Shown here: positions 37,600 to 48,319 of the stretch, one piece after another
Numbering within the stretch: position 1 is the stretch's first letter
Layout of the letters: each line of letters opens with the position of its first letter
Origin: Candidatus Lindowbacteria bacterium RIFCSPLOWO2_12_FULL_62_27
Lineage (GTDB): Bacteria; Lindowbacteria; 2-12-FULL-62-27
Direction of reading: 5' to 3'
Length of the DNA stretch: 64,000 nt
NCBI GenBank assembly: GCA_001784175.1
Contig: MFPR01000011.1
Span: forward strand, 1 to 64,000
Notes under the pieces: generated by a model
Told to the model about the DNA's origin: nothing
Seen by the model: the letters and a program-made list of their open reading frames with translations, nothing else
Databases searched by the model: none
Made by a program: the position numbers and the translations under genes

Positions 37600-40332
37600 A
37601 TGGATTCTGTGTCTTTGCCCCCGCCTGAGCGTCCGACATCCATGTCGGACGGTGGGCGGGGACGGCTGACTTCCGTGTCGCCGGAAGATACGGCGCGCCG
37701 GCCTTCGGCTCCGGGCTGGCGGGATAGAAACATTGCGTGGGTGCCCTGGACGGTGCTGGCCGTCTCCCTCTCGATCTCTGTTTGGGCCTATCAGGCGGCG
37801 GAAACGGCATTGTCGTTGCGCGACATGATCCGATTTGACGGCCGCGTGGAGGACATCCGGACCGCCATCCGGGACCGGATGCAGGTTTACGAGCAGGCCC
37901 TTCACGGCGCCCGCGGGCTGTTTGCCGCTTCCAAGTCGGTCGAACGGCTGGAGTGGCGGGAATATATTTCCTCCATCAATATTTCCAAGAGTTATCCGGG
38001 CGTCAAAGGACTCGCGTTTGTTTCCCATGTGCCGCACGCGAAACTGGAGTCGTTTCTTGCGTGGACCCGCGCGGATGGCGCGCCCAACTTCGAGATACAC
38101 CCCAAACAGATCCGGGACGATTATTATGTCATCACGTACATCGAGCCGGAACCGGAGAACCGCCGGCTCCTGGGGTTTGACATCGGATCCGATACGCTGG
38201 TTCGCCGGCCGGCGGCCGACCTGTCGGTCGAGGAGGGCCGGGCCATTCTCAGCGGCAAGATACTGTCCGAACACGGCGGCTCGCCGTTTCTCGGAAGCAT
38301 TTTCCTGCTTCCTGTGTACCGCACCGGCGCGCCGGTGGGAACCGCCGGCGAGCGGCGTGCGGCGCTCATCGGATGGATTTACGGGCGGCTCGACGCCCAA
38401 GAACTGATGAAAGGCATTCTGGGCGGCGGGCCGGCCGACATCGGGTTTTCCATATATGACGGCATCGAGATGACGGCCGAATCCCGCCTCTACGAAAAGG
38501 CGCCCGACCTTGTCGGCCCACCGGACTACCGTCCCACGTTTTCTCACACGTCGCCGATCGAAGTCGGCCGGCGCGTCTGGATGACCAATTTTTATTCCCG
38601 GCCCGAATTCGACGCGGCCGGCGACCACACCTCCGCGTACCTCGTGCTCATCGCGGGACTCCTCGGCAGCTTTCTGCTCTTCAGCATCACCTGGTCGCTC
38701 GCGACCACGCGCCGACGCGCCCTGGCCGAGGCCGAACTCATGACCGCCCGGTTCCGCGCGGTCCTCGAGACGGCCTCGGACGCCTTCATCGCCGTCGACG
38801 CCGCCGGCCGCATTTCGGACTGGAACCGCCGCGCGGAACTGACGTTCCGATGGCGCCGGCCGGAGGTTCTCGGCCGAAGCCTGGTGGATCTTCTGGCGCC
38901 GCCAAAATACCGGGAAGCGGTTTTGAAACAGATGCAGGAGTTTCAGGCGAAGGGCGAGAGTCCCTATCTCAACCGCCGGATGGAGTTGATCGCCCTGCGC
39001 CGGGACGGCAGCGAGTTTCCGGTGGAGGTTACCGTGTGGCCGATCTGGGACGAGCGGGGGTCCTTCACGTTTAACGCCTTCGTCCACGACATCACCGAAC
39101 GGCAGCGCGCGAGGAAGGATATCCTCATGGCCCGGGATGCGGCCGTGGGGGCCAACCGCGCCAAGAGCGAGTTTCTGGCGAACATGAGCCACGAACTGCG
39201 CGCGCCGCTCAATTCCATCCTCGGATTCGCCAATATCCTGCTTCAGAACAAGACCGGTTCCCTTCAGGACCCGGACCTCGCTTTCGTCGATCGGATCCAG
39301 GAAAATGCCGTGCATCTGTTGAATCTCATCAACCAGGTGCTGGACCTTTCCAAGGTCGAAGCGGGCCAGACGGACCTCGAAATCGAGCCTCTGTACCTCG
39401 ATGTGCTTGTTCAGGAAACGATCCAGCAGATGGAAAGCCGGGTCTTGGGCCGCGACATCAAACTCCTGACGGATCTCCCGCCCGTCCTCGCGCCGATCGA
39501 AACGGATGCGATCAAACTCAAGCAAATCCTGATCAACCTCATCGGAAACGCGATCAAGTTCACCGAAAAGGGCAGCGTCACCGTCCGGGTCATGGACGAT
39601 CCCGAAACACACCACCCGGTCCGGATCGATGTCATCGACACCGGCATCGGCGTCCCCCCCGATTTGCAGGACGCCATCTTCGAGCCTTTTCAGCAGGGCG
39701 ATCGCCGCACGTCGCTCAAATACGGCGGCACCGGCCTCGGGCTCAGCATCACGCGGTCGCTGTGCCAGCTCATGGGCTACAAGATTTCGGTGGAAAGCGT
39801 GCGCGGGAAGGGTTCGGTGTTCATGGTCACGATTCCCGCGGAGTCCCTTCGGCGGACCCGCCCCGTGGATGAGGACACGCCGTCGCGTTCGGCCAGAAAA
39901 ATTTCTCTTTCGAGAGCGCTGCCCGTGGAGGAGAGCGTGGCCCGGAGTCTCTTTGCGGGCAAATGCGTCCTCGTCATCGACGACGACCCGGATTCCCGGC
40001 TGCTCCTCACGCATTATTTCGGAGATTTCGGCATGCGCGTGATTTCCGCCGGTGGCGGCGACCATGGGATCGCGATGGCGCGGCAAGACCGGCCGGACCT
40101 CATCACCGTCGATCTCATGCTGCCCCAAAAAAACGGCTGGCAGGTCATGCTCGACCTCCAGCGCGATCCGGTCCTCCGGGACATCCCGGTGATCGTCATC
40201 AGCACGATCGCCGACGACAACTGGCAGGCCTTCAACGACAAAATCGACCGGCTGAACAAACCGGTCAACCGGGAGGAGCTGTTTCTCGTTCTTCGAAAAA
40301 ATCTCGCCCTGCCCCCTCCGCCCGCCGCTTGA
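37600..40332 (+). CDS. Hybrid sensor kinase CHASE-PAS-HisKA-HATPase-REC
   Basis: CHASE (YIEP...LGFD), PAS (DGSEFPVE), FLANMSHELR, YGGTGLGL and REC (DLMLP). Confidence 0.93.
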   Translation: MDSVSLPPPERPTSMSDGGRGRLTSVSPEDTARRPSAPGWRDRNIAWVPWTVLAVSLSISVWAYQAAETALSLRDMIRFDGRVEDIRTAIRDRMQVYEQALHGARGLFAASKSVERLEWREYISSINISKSYPGVKGLAFVSHVPHAKLESFLAWTRADGAPNFEIHPKQIRDDYYVITYIEPEPENRRLLGFDIGSDTLVRRPAADLSVEEGRAILSGKILSEHGGSPFLGSIFLLPVYRTGAPVGTAGERRAALIGWIYGRLDAQELMKGILGGGPADIGFSIYDGIEMTAESRLYEKAPDLVGPPDYRPTFSHTSPIEVGRRVWMTNFYSRPEFDAAGDHTSAYLVLIAGLLGSFLLFSITWSLATTRRRALAEAELMTARFRAVLETASDAFIAVDAAGRISDWNRRAELTFRWRRPEVLGRSLVDLLAPPKYREAVLKQMQEFQAKGESPYLNRRMELIALRRDGSEFPVEVTVWPIWDERGSFTFNAFVHDITERQRARKDILMARDAAVGANRAKSEFLANMSHELRAPLNSILGFANILLQNKTGSLQDPDLAFVDRIQENAVHLLNLINQVLDLSKVEAGQTDLEIEPLYLDVLVQETIQQMESRVLGRDIKLLTDLPPVLAPIETDAIKLKQILINLIGNAIKFTEKGSVTVRVMDDPETHHPVRIDVIDTGIGVPPDLQDAIFEPFQQGDRRTSLKYGGTGLGLSITRSLCQLMGYKISVESVRGKGSVFMVTIPAESLRRTRPVDEDTPSRSARKISLSRALPVEESVARSLFAGKCVLVIDDDPDSRLLLTHYFGDFGMRVISAGGGDHGIAMARQDRPDLITVDLMLPQKNGWQVMLDLQRDPVLRDIPVIVISTIADDNWQAFNDKIDRLNKPVNREELFLVLRKNLALPPPPAA

Positions 40333-40339
40333 TTTGCAC

Positions 40340-40368
40340 TTGTGAAGCCCCGCGTGGTCTGCTATAGA
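40340..40368 (+). promoter_or_regulatory. Putative promoter of the arg-lys operon
   Basis: TTGTGA-N17-TATAGA with a TG extension. Confidence 0.4.
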
Positions 40369-40418
40369 AGGTCGTCCTCTCCATATTATATATAGGGGGG
40401 GGCGGGGGTGGTGACAGT

Positions 40419-41330
40419 ATGACAGCTCGGCCGAAGATCGTGGATGCCGGCCTGCGGGCGAAAATTCTGTCCGAGGCGCTTCCCTACATACGGGCCTTCA
40501 ACGGTAAAACCATCGTCATCAAGTACGGCGGCAGCGCGCAGGTTGCGTCCGACCTCAAGGAGGGCTTTGCGCAGGATATTGTGCTCCTCAAGTATGTCGG
40601 GATCCGCCCGGTCATCGTCCACGGCGGTGGCGAGCAGGTGTCGGACATGATGGAGAAGCTGGGCAAGGACCCGAAATTCGTCGACGGCCTGCGGGTCACG
40701 GACCCGGAAACGATGGAAGTCGTCGAGATGGTCCTGGGCGGGCGGCTCAACAAGGAGATCGTCGCGCGGATCAACAAACACGGCGGGTCGGCCGTCGGAC
40801 TCACCGGCAAGGACGGCCGGCTGATGCAGGCGGTCAAGAAAAAACCGAAACGGCTGGTGGACGTCGAGGGCCGGGAGAAGCTCGTCGATCTGGGGTTGGT
40901 GGGCGACATCGAGAAAATTGATTCGCGCATCCTGGAAATCCTGCTGGCCAACGATTTCATTCCGGTCGTCGCCCCGGTCGGCGTCACGGCCGACGGCGTC
41001 AGCCTCAACGTCAACGCTGACACCGCCGCCGGATCCATCGCCGCCGCGCTCCGGGCGGCCCGGCTCATCTACCTGACGGACGTCCCGGGCTTGTTGAAGG
41101 ACGAAAAGGACGACGACAGCCTCATCTCGACGGTTCGGCTGTCCGAAGTGGACGATCTTCGGGAGGCCGGCGTGATTTCGGGTGGGATGATCCCCAAGAT
41201 CGAGTCGGTGACCCAGGCGATCTACACCGGCGTCGAAAAAGCCCATTTCATCGACGGCCGGGTGCCCCGGTCCCTCCTGCTCGAGCTCTTCACCGATGAG
41301 GGCATCGGCACGGAAATCATCCAGAGCTGA
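40419..41330 (+). CDS. argB: Acetylglutamate kinase
   Basis: EALPYI, VIKYGG, HGGG, GLRVTD, NVNAD, GGMIPK. Confidence 0.96.
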   Translation: MTARPKIVDAGLRAKILSEALPYIRAFNGKTIVIKYGGSAQVASDLKEGFAQDIVLLKYVGIRPVIVHGGGEQVSDMMEKLGKDPKFVDGLRVTDPETMEVVEMVLGGRLNKEIVARINKHGGSAVGLTGKDGRLMQAVKKKPKRLVDVEGREKLVDLGLVGDIEKIDSRILEILLANDFIPVVAPVGVTADGVSLNVNADTAAGSIAAALRAARLIYLTDVPGLLKDEKDDDSLISTVRLSEVDDLREAGVISGGMIPKIESVTQAIYTGVEKAHFIDGRVPRSLLLELFTDEGIGTEIIQS

Positions 41331-41331
41331 C

Positions 41332-42528
41332 ATGGCCACAAATCTCGCCGCGCGCGCCTCCAGGGTTTTGATGAATACCTACGGCCCGCGCAGTCTTTCG
41401 TTCGTGAGGGGCCGCGGCGTCTGGGTGTGGGACGCGGCCGGAAAAAAATATCTCGACCTTCTGGGCGGCGTCGCCGTCAACGCGCTCGGCCACTGCCATC
41501 CGGCCGTCGTCCGCGCCATTTGCGCGCAGGCGCGGAAAATCCTGCACGTGTCCAACCTCTACCTGATCGAACCCCAGATCCGGCTGGCCGAGGAACTCGT
41601 CGAGTCCACCTTTGCGGACCGCGCCTTCTTCTGCAACAGCGGGACCGAGGCCAACGAGGCGGCGCTGAAACTGGCGCGAAAGTTTTTCTTTCTCAAAAAG
41701 GAAAGCCGCGACCATCTGGTCGCGTTTCAGAATTCCTTTCACGGCCGCACGACCGGGTCCCTCGCGCTGACCGCGCAGGAAAAATATCAGAAGGCCTTCC
41801 GGCCGCTGTTGCCGGTCAACGTCGCGCGCTTTAACGATCTCGGCGACGCGGACCGGATGATCACGCCGGGCACGGCGGCGGTGTTTGTCGAACTGGTCCA
41901 GGGCGAGGGCGGGATGGAAACGGCGACCGCGACGTTCCTGGCCGGCCTTCGGAGAATTTGCTCCCGGCGCGGCGCGCTCCTGGTGTACGACGAAGTCCAG
42001 ACCGGAAACGGCCGCACCGGCGACCTGTTCGCCTACCAGCACTTTGGCGAGCGGTTGGCCCCGGACCTGCTGACCACCGCGAAGGGCTTGGCGGGCGGCG
42101 TGCCCATCGGGGCGCTCCTCGCGCGTCGGCCGTACGCGGACGCGTTCGAGGCGGGGGACCACGCGGCGACGTTCGGCGGAAACTTTCTTGCCTGCGCCTC
42201 CGCGTTGGCGGCGTTTCGCGTGCTGTCGTCGGCGTCGTTTCTGAAGTCCGTCCGGGACCGCTCGGCCGTGCTGTGGGCGCGGTTGAGAGCGGTGAAGGAA
42301 CGCTTTCCGGACAAGATCGAGACGCTGCGAGGGCTGGGCATGATGGCGGGGCTGAAACTTCGGTTACCATTTTCCTCCAAGACACTCCGCGAGCGCCTTC
42401 AGGCGCGGCGGGTCCTCACGGGGATTTCCGGCGAGTCCGTCCTGCGCCTCACACCGCCGCTCGTGATCTCCCGCATGGAAATTCTTCTGGGCGTTCGGGC
42501 TATCGAAGAGGAGGTGGCGGCGCTGTGA
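41332..42528 (+). CDS. argD: Acetylornithine aminotransferase
   Basis: NSGTEANEAALK, FHGRT, DEVQTG, TAKGLAGG. Confidence 0.93.
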   Translation: MATNLAARASRVLMNTYGPRSLSFVRGRGVWVWDAAGKKYLDLLGGVAVNALGHCHPAVVRAICAQARKILHVSNLYLIEPQIRLAEELVESTFADRAFFCNSGTEANEAALKLARKFFFLKKESRDHLVAFQNSFHGRTTGSLALTAQEKYQKAFRPLLPVNVARFNDLGDADRMITPGTAAVFVELVQGEGGMETATATFLAGLRRICSRRGALLVYDEVQTGNGRTGDLFAYQHFGERLAPDLLTTAKGLAGGVPIGALLARRPYADAFEAGDHAATFGGNFLACASALAAFRVLSSASFLKSVRDRSAVLWARLRAVKERFPDKIETLRGLGMMAGLKLRLPFSSKTLRERLQARRVLTGISGESVLRLTPPLVISRMEILLGVRAIEEEVAAL

Positions 42529-43511
42529 TGAAACATCTGGTGTCCCTCAACGACGTGTCGCCGGCCGATCTCCAGGCGCTCCTCGCGGTCTCCCGGAAAG
42601 TCAAAGCGGCCCGGTCCGCGAAAACGGCGCCGCTCTTCCGGCCGCTTCTGAATGCCTCAGTCGCGTTGCTGTTCGAAAAACCGTCGCTCCGGACGCGCGT
42701 GACGTTCGAAGTCGCCGTCACTGAACTTGGCGGTCATCCCATTTACCTCGGCCCGCAGGAGGTGGGCTTGGGCAGGCGCGAGAGCGTTTCAGACATCGCG
42801 CAAAATATGTCCCGCTGGATTCACGCCATCGTCGCGCGCACCTTCCAGCACGAAAGCGTCGCCGGCCTGGCGCGCACCGCGCGGGTCCCGGTCATCAACG
42901 CGCTGACGGACCGCGAGCATCCCTGCCAGGCCGTCGGGGACATTCTGACGATTCTGGAGCGGCGGGGCCGGCTCAAAGGCTTGACGCTGGCGTTTGTCGG
43001 GGACGGGAACAATGTCTGCAATTCTCTCCTGTATGCCGCCGCCAAAACCGGCCTGTCGATGCGCGTCGCCTGTCCCCCGGGCTTTGAGCCGGCGGCGGAT
43101 GTGCTGGCCGCGGCGCGGGCCGCGGCGCGGATTTCCGGCGCGCGCCTCGCGGTGACGCACGATCCGGTCGAGGCGGTGCGCAATGCCGATGCTGTGTATA
43201 CCGATGTGTGGGTGAGCATGGGCTTCGAATCGGAGGCCGCCCCGCGCCGGCAGGCGTTTGAGTTTTACCGCGTCGACGGCCCGCTCATGTCGAGGGCCCG
43301 GCCGGACGCGATCTTTCTCCATTGTCTGCCCGCCCGGCGCGGCGAAGAGGTGACGGACGAGGTCATGGACGGGAAACAATCCGCGGTGCTCGATCAGGCT
43401 GAAAACCGCCTGCACTCGGCCAAGGCGGTCCTGCTGGCCGTGATGGCGCCGGCGGTGTTTGGAAAACTTGCGGCTTTGGGCCGGCGAAAAACGAGAAGGA
43501 GATCAGGATGA
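42528..43511 (+). CDS. argF: Ornithine carbamoyltransferase
   Basis: KPSLRTR, HPCQ, DVWVSMG, HCLP. Confidence 0.95.
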   Translation: MKHLVSLNDVSPADLQALLAVSRKVKAARSAKTAPLFRPLLNASVALLFEKPSLRTRVTFEVAVTELGGHPIYLGPQEVGLGRRESVSDIAQNMSRWIHAIVARTFQHESVAGLARTARVPVINALTDREHPCQAVGDILTILERRGRLKGLTLAFVGDGNNVCNSLLYAAAKTGLSMRVACPPGFEPAADVLAAARAAARISGARLAVTHDPVEAVRNADAVYTDVWVSMGFESEAAPRRQAFEFYRVDGPLMSRARPDAIFLHCLPARRGEEVTDEVMDGKQSAVLDQAENRLHSAKAVLLAVMAPAVFGKLAALGRRKTRRRSG

Positions 43512-44725
43512 AAAGGGAAATTCGAAAAGTGGTGCTCGCCTATTCCGGCGGGCTCGACACCAGCGTCATCGTCCGGTGGCTCATCAACAAATACGGCTGC
43601 GAGGTCATCGGCTACAACGCCAACCTCGGCATCGCCGAATCCCGACGCGACCTTGACCGGCGGTTAAAGCTGGCCGGCGGAAAACGGATGGTCATGGAGG
43701 ACATCCGCCGGGAGTTTTTGGAGGACTACTGTTTCCCCGCGATGCGCGCGGGCGCCGTCTACGAGGGGAAATACCTCCTGGCGACGGCCCTGTCCCGGCC
43801 GCTCATCGCGCAAAAGCTCATCGAGATCGCGCGCCGGGAAAAAGCCGATGCGGTCGCGCATGGATGCACGGGCAAGGGAAACGACCAGGTCCGGTTTGAG
43901 ATCACGACCAAGGCCCTCGCGCCGGACGTCGAAGTCCTCGCGCCCGTGCGCGAATGGGAATTCAAAACCCGCGACGAGGAGATCGCCTACGCCCGCGAGT
44001 ACGGCATCCCGGTCACCGCGACCAAGAAAAATCCCTACAGCTATGACCGCAATCTCTGGGGTATCTCCATCGAGTGTGGCCCCCTCGAGGATCCCTACCG
44101 GGAGCCCCCGGAGGGCGCGTTCGTCATCACGTCATCGCCGGCCGGCGCACCCGCAAAATCCGTAGTCATCACCATCGGATTTTCGAAAGGCGTTCCCGTT
44201 TCGCTCAACGGGCGGAACATGGGCCCGGTCGATCTCGTCGAACGGCTCACGGCGCTCGGCGCGCGGCACGGGATCGGCCGCGTGGACCTCGTGGAAAACC
44301 GGCTGGTCGGAATCAAGTCCCGGGAGGTCTATGAACAACCCGCTTCGACGATTCTGCACGCGGCCTACCGCGAGCTTTTGTCGATGGTGGCCGACCGCGA
44401 CACGCTCCATCTCATGCCGGCGCTGTCCGACCGGTACGCCCAGCTCGTCTATGACGGATTCTGGTTCACACCGCTTCGGCATGCGCTCGACGCATTTTTC
44501 GGAAAAATCGCCGCAGGGGTCACGGGCGAGGTCCGGCTCCGTCTCTTGCGCGGCTCTTGCATCCCGATCGGCCGCCGGTCGCCCAACGCGCTCTATCAGG
44601 AAAAACTCGCAACCTACGGAGCGGCGGACGTGTTTGACCAGTCAGCTTCGGTCGGCTTTATCAAGATTCTGGGTTTACCTGTGGAAGTGCGCGCGCGTCT
44701 CAGAAAGGGCCGGCCGCACGCCTGA
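43508..44725 (+). CDS. argG: Argininosuccinate synthase
   Basis: LAYSGGLDTS, HGCTGKGNDQVRFE, KSREVYE. Confidence 0.97.
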   Translation: MKREIRKVVLAYSGGLDTSVIVRWLINKYGCEVIGYNANLGIAESRRDLDRRLKLAGGKRMVMEDIRREFLEDYCFPAMRAGAVYEGKYLLATALSRPLIAQKLIEIARREKADAVAHGCTGKGNDQVRFEITTKALAPDVEVLAPVREWEFKTRDEEIAYAREYGIPVTATKKNPYSYDRNLWGISIECGPLEDPYREPPEGAFVITSSPAGAPAKSVVITIGFSKGVPVSLNGRNMGPVDLVERLTALGARHGIGRVDLVENRLVGIKSREVYEQPASTILHAAYRELLSMVADRDTLHLMPALSDRYAQLVYDGFWFTPLRHALDAFFGKIAAGVTGEVRLRLLRGSCIPIGRRSPNALYQEKLATYGAADVFDQSASVGFIKILGLPVEVRARLRKGRPHA

Positions 44726-44728
44726 CCC

Positions 44729-46162
44729 ATGACTGACCCACAGGCGCCGACGCCGGAATCCAAAATCCAAAATCCAAAATCCAAAATCTCCGGAATGATG
44801 TGGGGCGGCCGCATGAAGGGCAAGCTCGACCGCCGCGCGCTGGAGTTTTCGTCTTCCATCGCGCTGGACATCCGGCTCCTGCCCTACGACGTGTTGGCCA
44901 GCATCGCGTGGGCCGAGGCGATCCGGAAAGCCGGCATTCTCTCTGCGGGAGAGCTTCGGCGCATGAAAGGCGCGCTCCGCCTGATTGCCCGCGAGCCGAT
45001 TCCGTCCCCTGCGGAACTCGCAGTCTACGAGGACGTTCACAGCTTCGTCGAATCCCGCCTGCGCGACCGGATCGGCGACACGGCCGACAAACTGCATACC
45101 GGCCGATCAAGAAACGACCAGGTCCTGACCGACGTCGCGCTCTACATCCGGCGGTCGGCCGACCGGATCGTGCGGGAATTGAAAAATCTTTCGAAGGTTT
45201 TCTTGAACCTCGCGTCCAAAAACAAAAAAGTTCCCATGCCGGGCTTTACGCACTTGCAGCCGGCCCAGGTCGTCACCCTCGGCGCGCATTTCATGGCCTA
45301 CGCCGAAATGTTTCTCCGCGATCTCGGCCGAATCAAGCTGCTCCTCCAGCCGCTCGACGCCTGTCCGCTCGGGTCCGGCGCCATCGGCGGAACCACCATC
45401 CCGGTCGACCGCGACTTTCTCGCGCGCCGGCTTGGCTTTCCGCGGCCGACGGCCAGCGCCATGGAGACGATCGCCGGCCGCGACCTCGCCAGCGATTTCC
45501 TCTACGCGCTGACCATCCTCATGATTCATCTTTCAAGATTCTCGGAGGAGGTCATCCTCTGGTCCAACCCCTACTTCGGATTTGTCCGCCTGCCCGACCG
45601 GTTTTCGACCGGCTCGTCCCTCATGCCGCAAAAACGAAATCCGGATTTGTCGGAACTCACGCGCGGCCGCGCCGCCCGCGCCATCGCCGATCTCACAGGC
45701 ATCTTGACGCTCCAGAAAGGCCTGCCCCTCACGTACAATCGTGACCTGCAGGAGGACAAGGTGTATCTGTTCGATCTCGTCGATCTCGTCACCGCCACCC
45801 TCCGGGTTCACGTCCGCATGGTGCCGCGGTTTAAATTCAACCGCAAACGGCTCCGGGAAGCCTGCTCCGTCGGATACATGGAGGCCACGGACCTTGCGGA
45901 GTATCTCGCCAAAAAAGGCGTGCCCTTCCGCCAGGCCCACGAGATCATCGGCCGGCTGGTCGCGCGCCTCGAGCGCCGCCGCCGGAAATTCCGCGACCTG
46001 ACGCTGAAGGACCTTCAGGCATTTGACCCCCGCTTCGGCCCGGATGTCGTGGCCCTGCTGAACGCCGAGCAATCACCGTGGAGGAAGCAGACCTACGGCT
46101 CCGTGTCGCCGGAATCCGTCGGCCGCCGCGTCATCCGCCTCCGGCTGACGAGGATTTATTAG
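44729..46162 (+). CDS. argH: Argininosuccinate lyase
   Basis: MWGGR, HTGRSRNDQ, HLQPAQ, GSSLMPQKRNPD; the true start may be 44795. Confidence 0.96.
   Translation: MTDPQAPTPESKIQNPKSKISGMMWGGRMKGKLDRRALEFSSSIALDIRLLPYDVLASIAWAEAIRKAGILSAGELRRMKGALRLIAREPIPSPAELAVYEDVHSFVESRLRDRIGDTADKLHTGRSRNDQVLTDVALYIRRSADRIVRELKNLSKVFLNLASKNKKVPMPGFTHLQPAQVVTLGAHFMAYAEMFLRDLGRIKLLLQPLDACPLGSGAIGGTTIPVDRDFLARRLGFPRPTASAMETIAGRDLASDFLYALTILMIHLSRFSEEVILWSNPYFGFVRLPDRFSTGSSLMPQKRNPDLSELTRGRAARAIADLTGILTLQKGLPLTYNRDLQEDKVYLFDLVDLVTATLRVHVRMVPRFKFNRKRLREACSVGYMEATDLAEYLAKKGVPFRQAHEIIGRLVARLERRRRKFRDLTLKDLQAFDPRFGPDVVALLNAEQSPWRKQTYGSVSPESVGRRVIRLRLTRIY
44757..44788. repeat. Heptamer tandem repeat (CAAAATC)x4 plus a partial unit
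   Basis: Direct reading of the sequence between argG and the argH core. Confidence 0.9.
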
Positions 46163-46164
46163 AG

Positions 46165-47448
46165 ATGGACTTCTTCTCCTACGACCAGGGCGCGTATTGC
46201 TGTGAGGGCATCCCGCTCGATCGGATCGCCGCCGAGTTCGGCACGCCCGCCTACGTCTACAGCGAGAAAACGGTCACGGACCATTACCAGAAACTGGACC
46301 GCGCCCTCGCGCCGGTGCCGCACCTCATCTGCTATTCGGTCAAAACCAATTCCAACCTCGCAATCCTCGCCCACATGGCGCGGCTCGGCAGCGGGTTCGA
46401 CATCGTGTCCGGCGGCGAACTCTATCGCGTCCTCAAGGCGGGCGGAGACGCATCGAAGGTCGTGTTCGCCGGCGTCGGAAAAACGACGGACGAAATGCGG
46501 CGCTCGATCGAGTCCGGTATTTTCATGTTCAACATCGAGTCCCTCCCGGAAGCCGAGGCGCTCTCCGGCGTCGCGCGCGACATGAACCGCGACGTGCGGG
46601 TGGCCGTCCGGATCAATCCCGACGTTTCGCCGGATACGCATCACTACATCACCACCGGAAAGAAGGAGACCAAGTTCGGCCTCCCCATCGACCGCGCGAT
46701 GGACGTCTTTCGGGCCATCGGCCGGATGGACCGGCTGATCCCGACGGCGGTCCATTGCCATATCGGATCGCAGATCACTGAAATCGATCCATACAAGGAA
46801 ACGCTGGAAAAGATCGGGCCGCTGATTCAACAATTGAGAGACGAGGGATTCGACATCCGTTACTTCAATCTCGGCGGAGGGCTCGGCATCATCTACAAGG
46901 AGGAATCCCCGCAGACGGCCGCGCGGTTCGCCGAGTCGATCCTGCCCATGGTCAAACCGATGAACGTGGAACTCCTCATGGAGCCGGGCCGGTTCGTGGT
47001 CGGCAACGCCGGCGTGCTCCTGACCCGCGTCCTTTACATCAAGGACACCGGCAGCAAGTGTTTCGCCATCGTCGACGCCGGCATGAACGATCTGGTCCGG
47101 CCGACCCTCTACGGCGCCTACCACGAGATCTTGCCGGTGCGGCAGAAGAGCGCGAAGAAAAAGACGTACGACGTCGTGGGCCCGGTCTGCGAGACCGGCG
47201 ATTTTTTCGCGAAGGACCGCTCCATCGACGAGATGCATGCCGGGGATTTGCTGGCGATCAAAAGCGCCGGCGCCTATGGATTTGTCATGGCCTCCAATTA
47301 TAATACCCGCCCACGCCCGCCCGAAATCTGGGTGAGCGGCGGCCGGCCGCGCATCGCGCGCCGCCGGGAAACGTACGAGGATCTGGTGTCGGCCGAATGC
47401 GACGGCATCGAATCGGTCCTGTCCGACCGGACAACCTTTGGGGGTTGA
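46165..47448 (+). CDS. lysA: Diaminopimelate decarboxylase
   Basis: YSVKTN, HIGSQI, LGGGLG, EPGR, GPVCETGD, MASNYN. Confidence 0.96.
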   Translation: MDFFSYDQGAYCCEGIPLDRIAAEFGTPAYVYSEKTVTDHYQKLDRALAPVPHLICYSVKTNSNLAILAHMARLGSGFDIVSGGELYRVLKAGGDASKVVFAGVGKTTDEMRRSIESGIFMFNIESLPEAEALSGVARDMNRDVRVAVRINPDVSPDTHHYITTGKKETKFGLPIDRAMDVFRAIGRMDRLIPTAVHCHIGSQITEIDPYKETLEKIGPLIQQLRDEGFDIRYFNLGGGLGIIYKEESPQTAARFAESILPMVKPMNVELLMEPGRFVVGNAGVLLTRVLYIKDTGSKCFAIVDAGMNDLVRPTLYGAYHEILPVRQKSAKKKTYDVVGPVCETGDFFAKDRSIDEMHAGDLLAIKSAGAYGFVMASNYNTRPRPPEIWVSGGRPRIARRRETYEDLVSAECDGIESVLSDRTTFGG

Positions 47449-47449
47449 G

Positions 47450-48286
47450 ATGGCTAAACTTGCGCTGAGCGTCGCCAAAATGCAGGCGGCTGGAAACGAT
47501 TTCGTCGTCGTCAACGACATGGCGCGCCGAATCTCCTCCCCCGCGCGCCTCGCGGCCAGACTCTGCCACCGGCAGTTCGGCGTCGGCGCCGACGGGCTCA
47601 TCCTGCTCCAGCCCGCCCGGAACGGCCGGTCGGCCTACCGCATGCGCATCATCAATTCGGACGGCAGCGAGGCCGAAATGTGCGGCAACGGCTCAAGGTG
47701 CGCGGTGAAGTTCGCCGTCGAGTCCGGCCTGGCGCCCGCGTCCCACATCTTCGAAACGCTGGCCGGCGCCATCGCCGGGCGTTATCTTTCTCCGGCCAAA
47801 GTCCGGGTGGCGCTGACCGAGCCGTCGGAATTCCGGAGCAACGTCGTCGTGCCGCTAAGATCGGGCCGAATCCGCGGCACGTTCATCAACACGGGCGTGC
47901 CGCACTTCGTGACATTCGTGCGCCGGCTGGACGGATTGGACGTGAACGTCCTCGGCCGGGAAATCCGGACGCACCGGATTTTTTCCCCGCGGGGAACCAA
48001 CGTCAATTTCGCGCAGGTCCTCAAATCCGGCCGGCGTAATTCCCGCATCCGCCTGCGAACGTTCGAACGCGGCGTCGAATCGGAAACCCTCGCGTGCGGC
48101 ACGGGCGCCACGGCTTCCGCGATCGTCGCGGCGCTGACGCGGGGACTCTGCCCGCCGGTCGCAGTCGTGACCACGGGGGGATCGGTCCTGACGATCCAGT
48201 TCTGCATTGGAAGTCCAACCGGCGTCTCCACCGTCACCATGGAAGGCCCGGTAGAAAAAGTGTTTGAAACGAGGCTGTCGATATGA
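47450..48286 (+). CDS. dapF: Diaminopimelate epimerase
   Basis: GNDF, NSDGSEAEMCGNG, ERGV..ETLACGTG. Confidence 0.95.
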   Translation: MAKLALSVAKMQAAGNDFVVVNDMARRISSPARLAARLCHRQFGVGADGLILLQPARNGRSAYRMRIINSDGSEAEMCGNGSRCAVKFAVESGLAPASHIFETLAGAIAGRYLSPAKVRVALTEPSEFRSNVVVPLRSGRIRGTFINTGVPHFVTFVRRLDGLDVNVLGREIRTHRIFSPRGTNVNFAQVLKSGRRNSRIRLRTFERGVESETLACGTGATASAIVAALTRGLCPPVAVVTTGGSVLTIQFCIGSPTGVSTVTMEGPVEKVFETRLSI

Positions 48287-48319
48287 TTCGAGAGAGGGTT
48301 AAAGAAAGGGAGTGATTCA

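Noticed and set aside
40378-40410. ARG box or attenuator in the AT-rich/G-run leader of argB
   Set aside because: It does not match the ArgR palindrome, and there is no leader peptide or U-tract.
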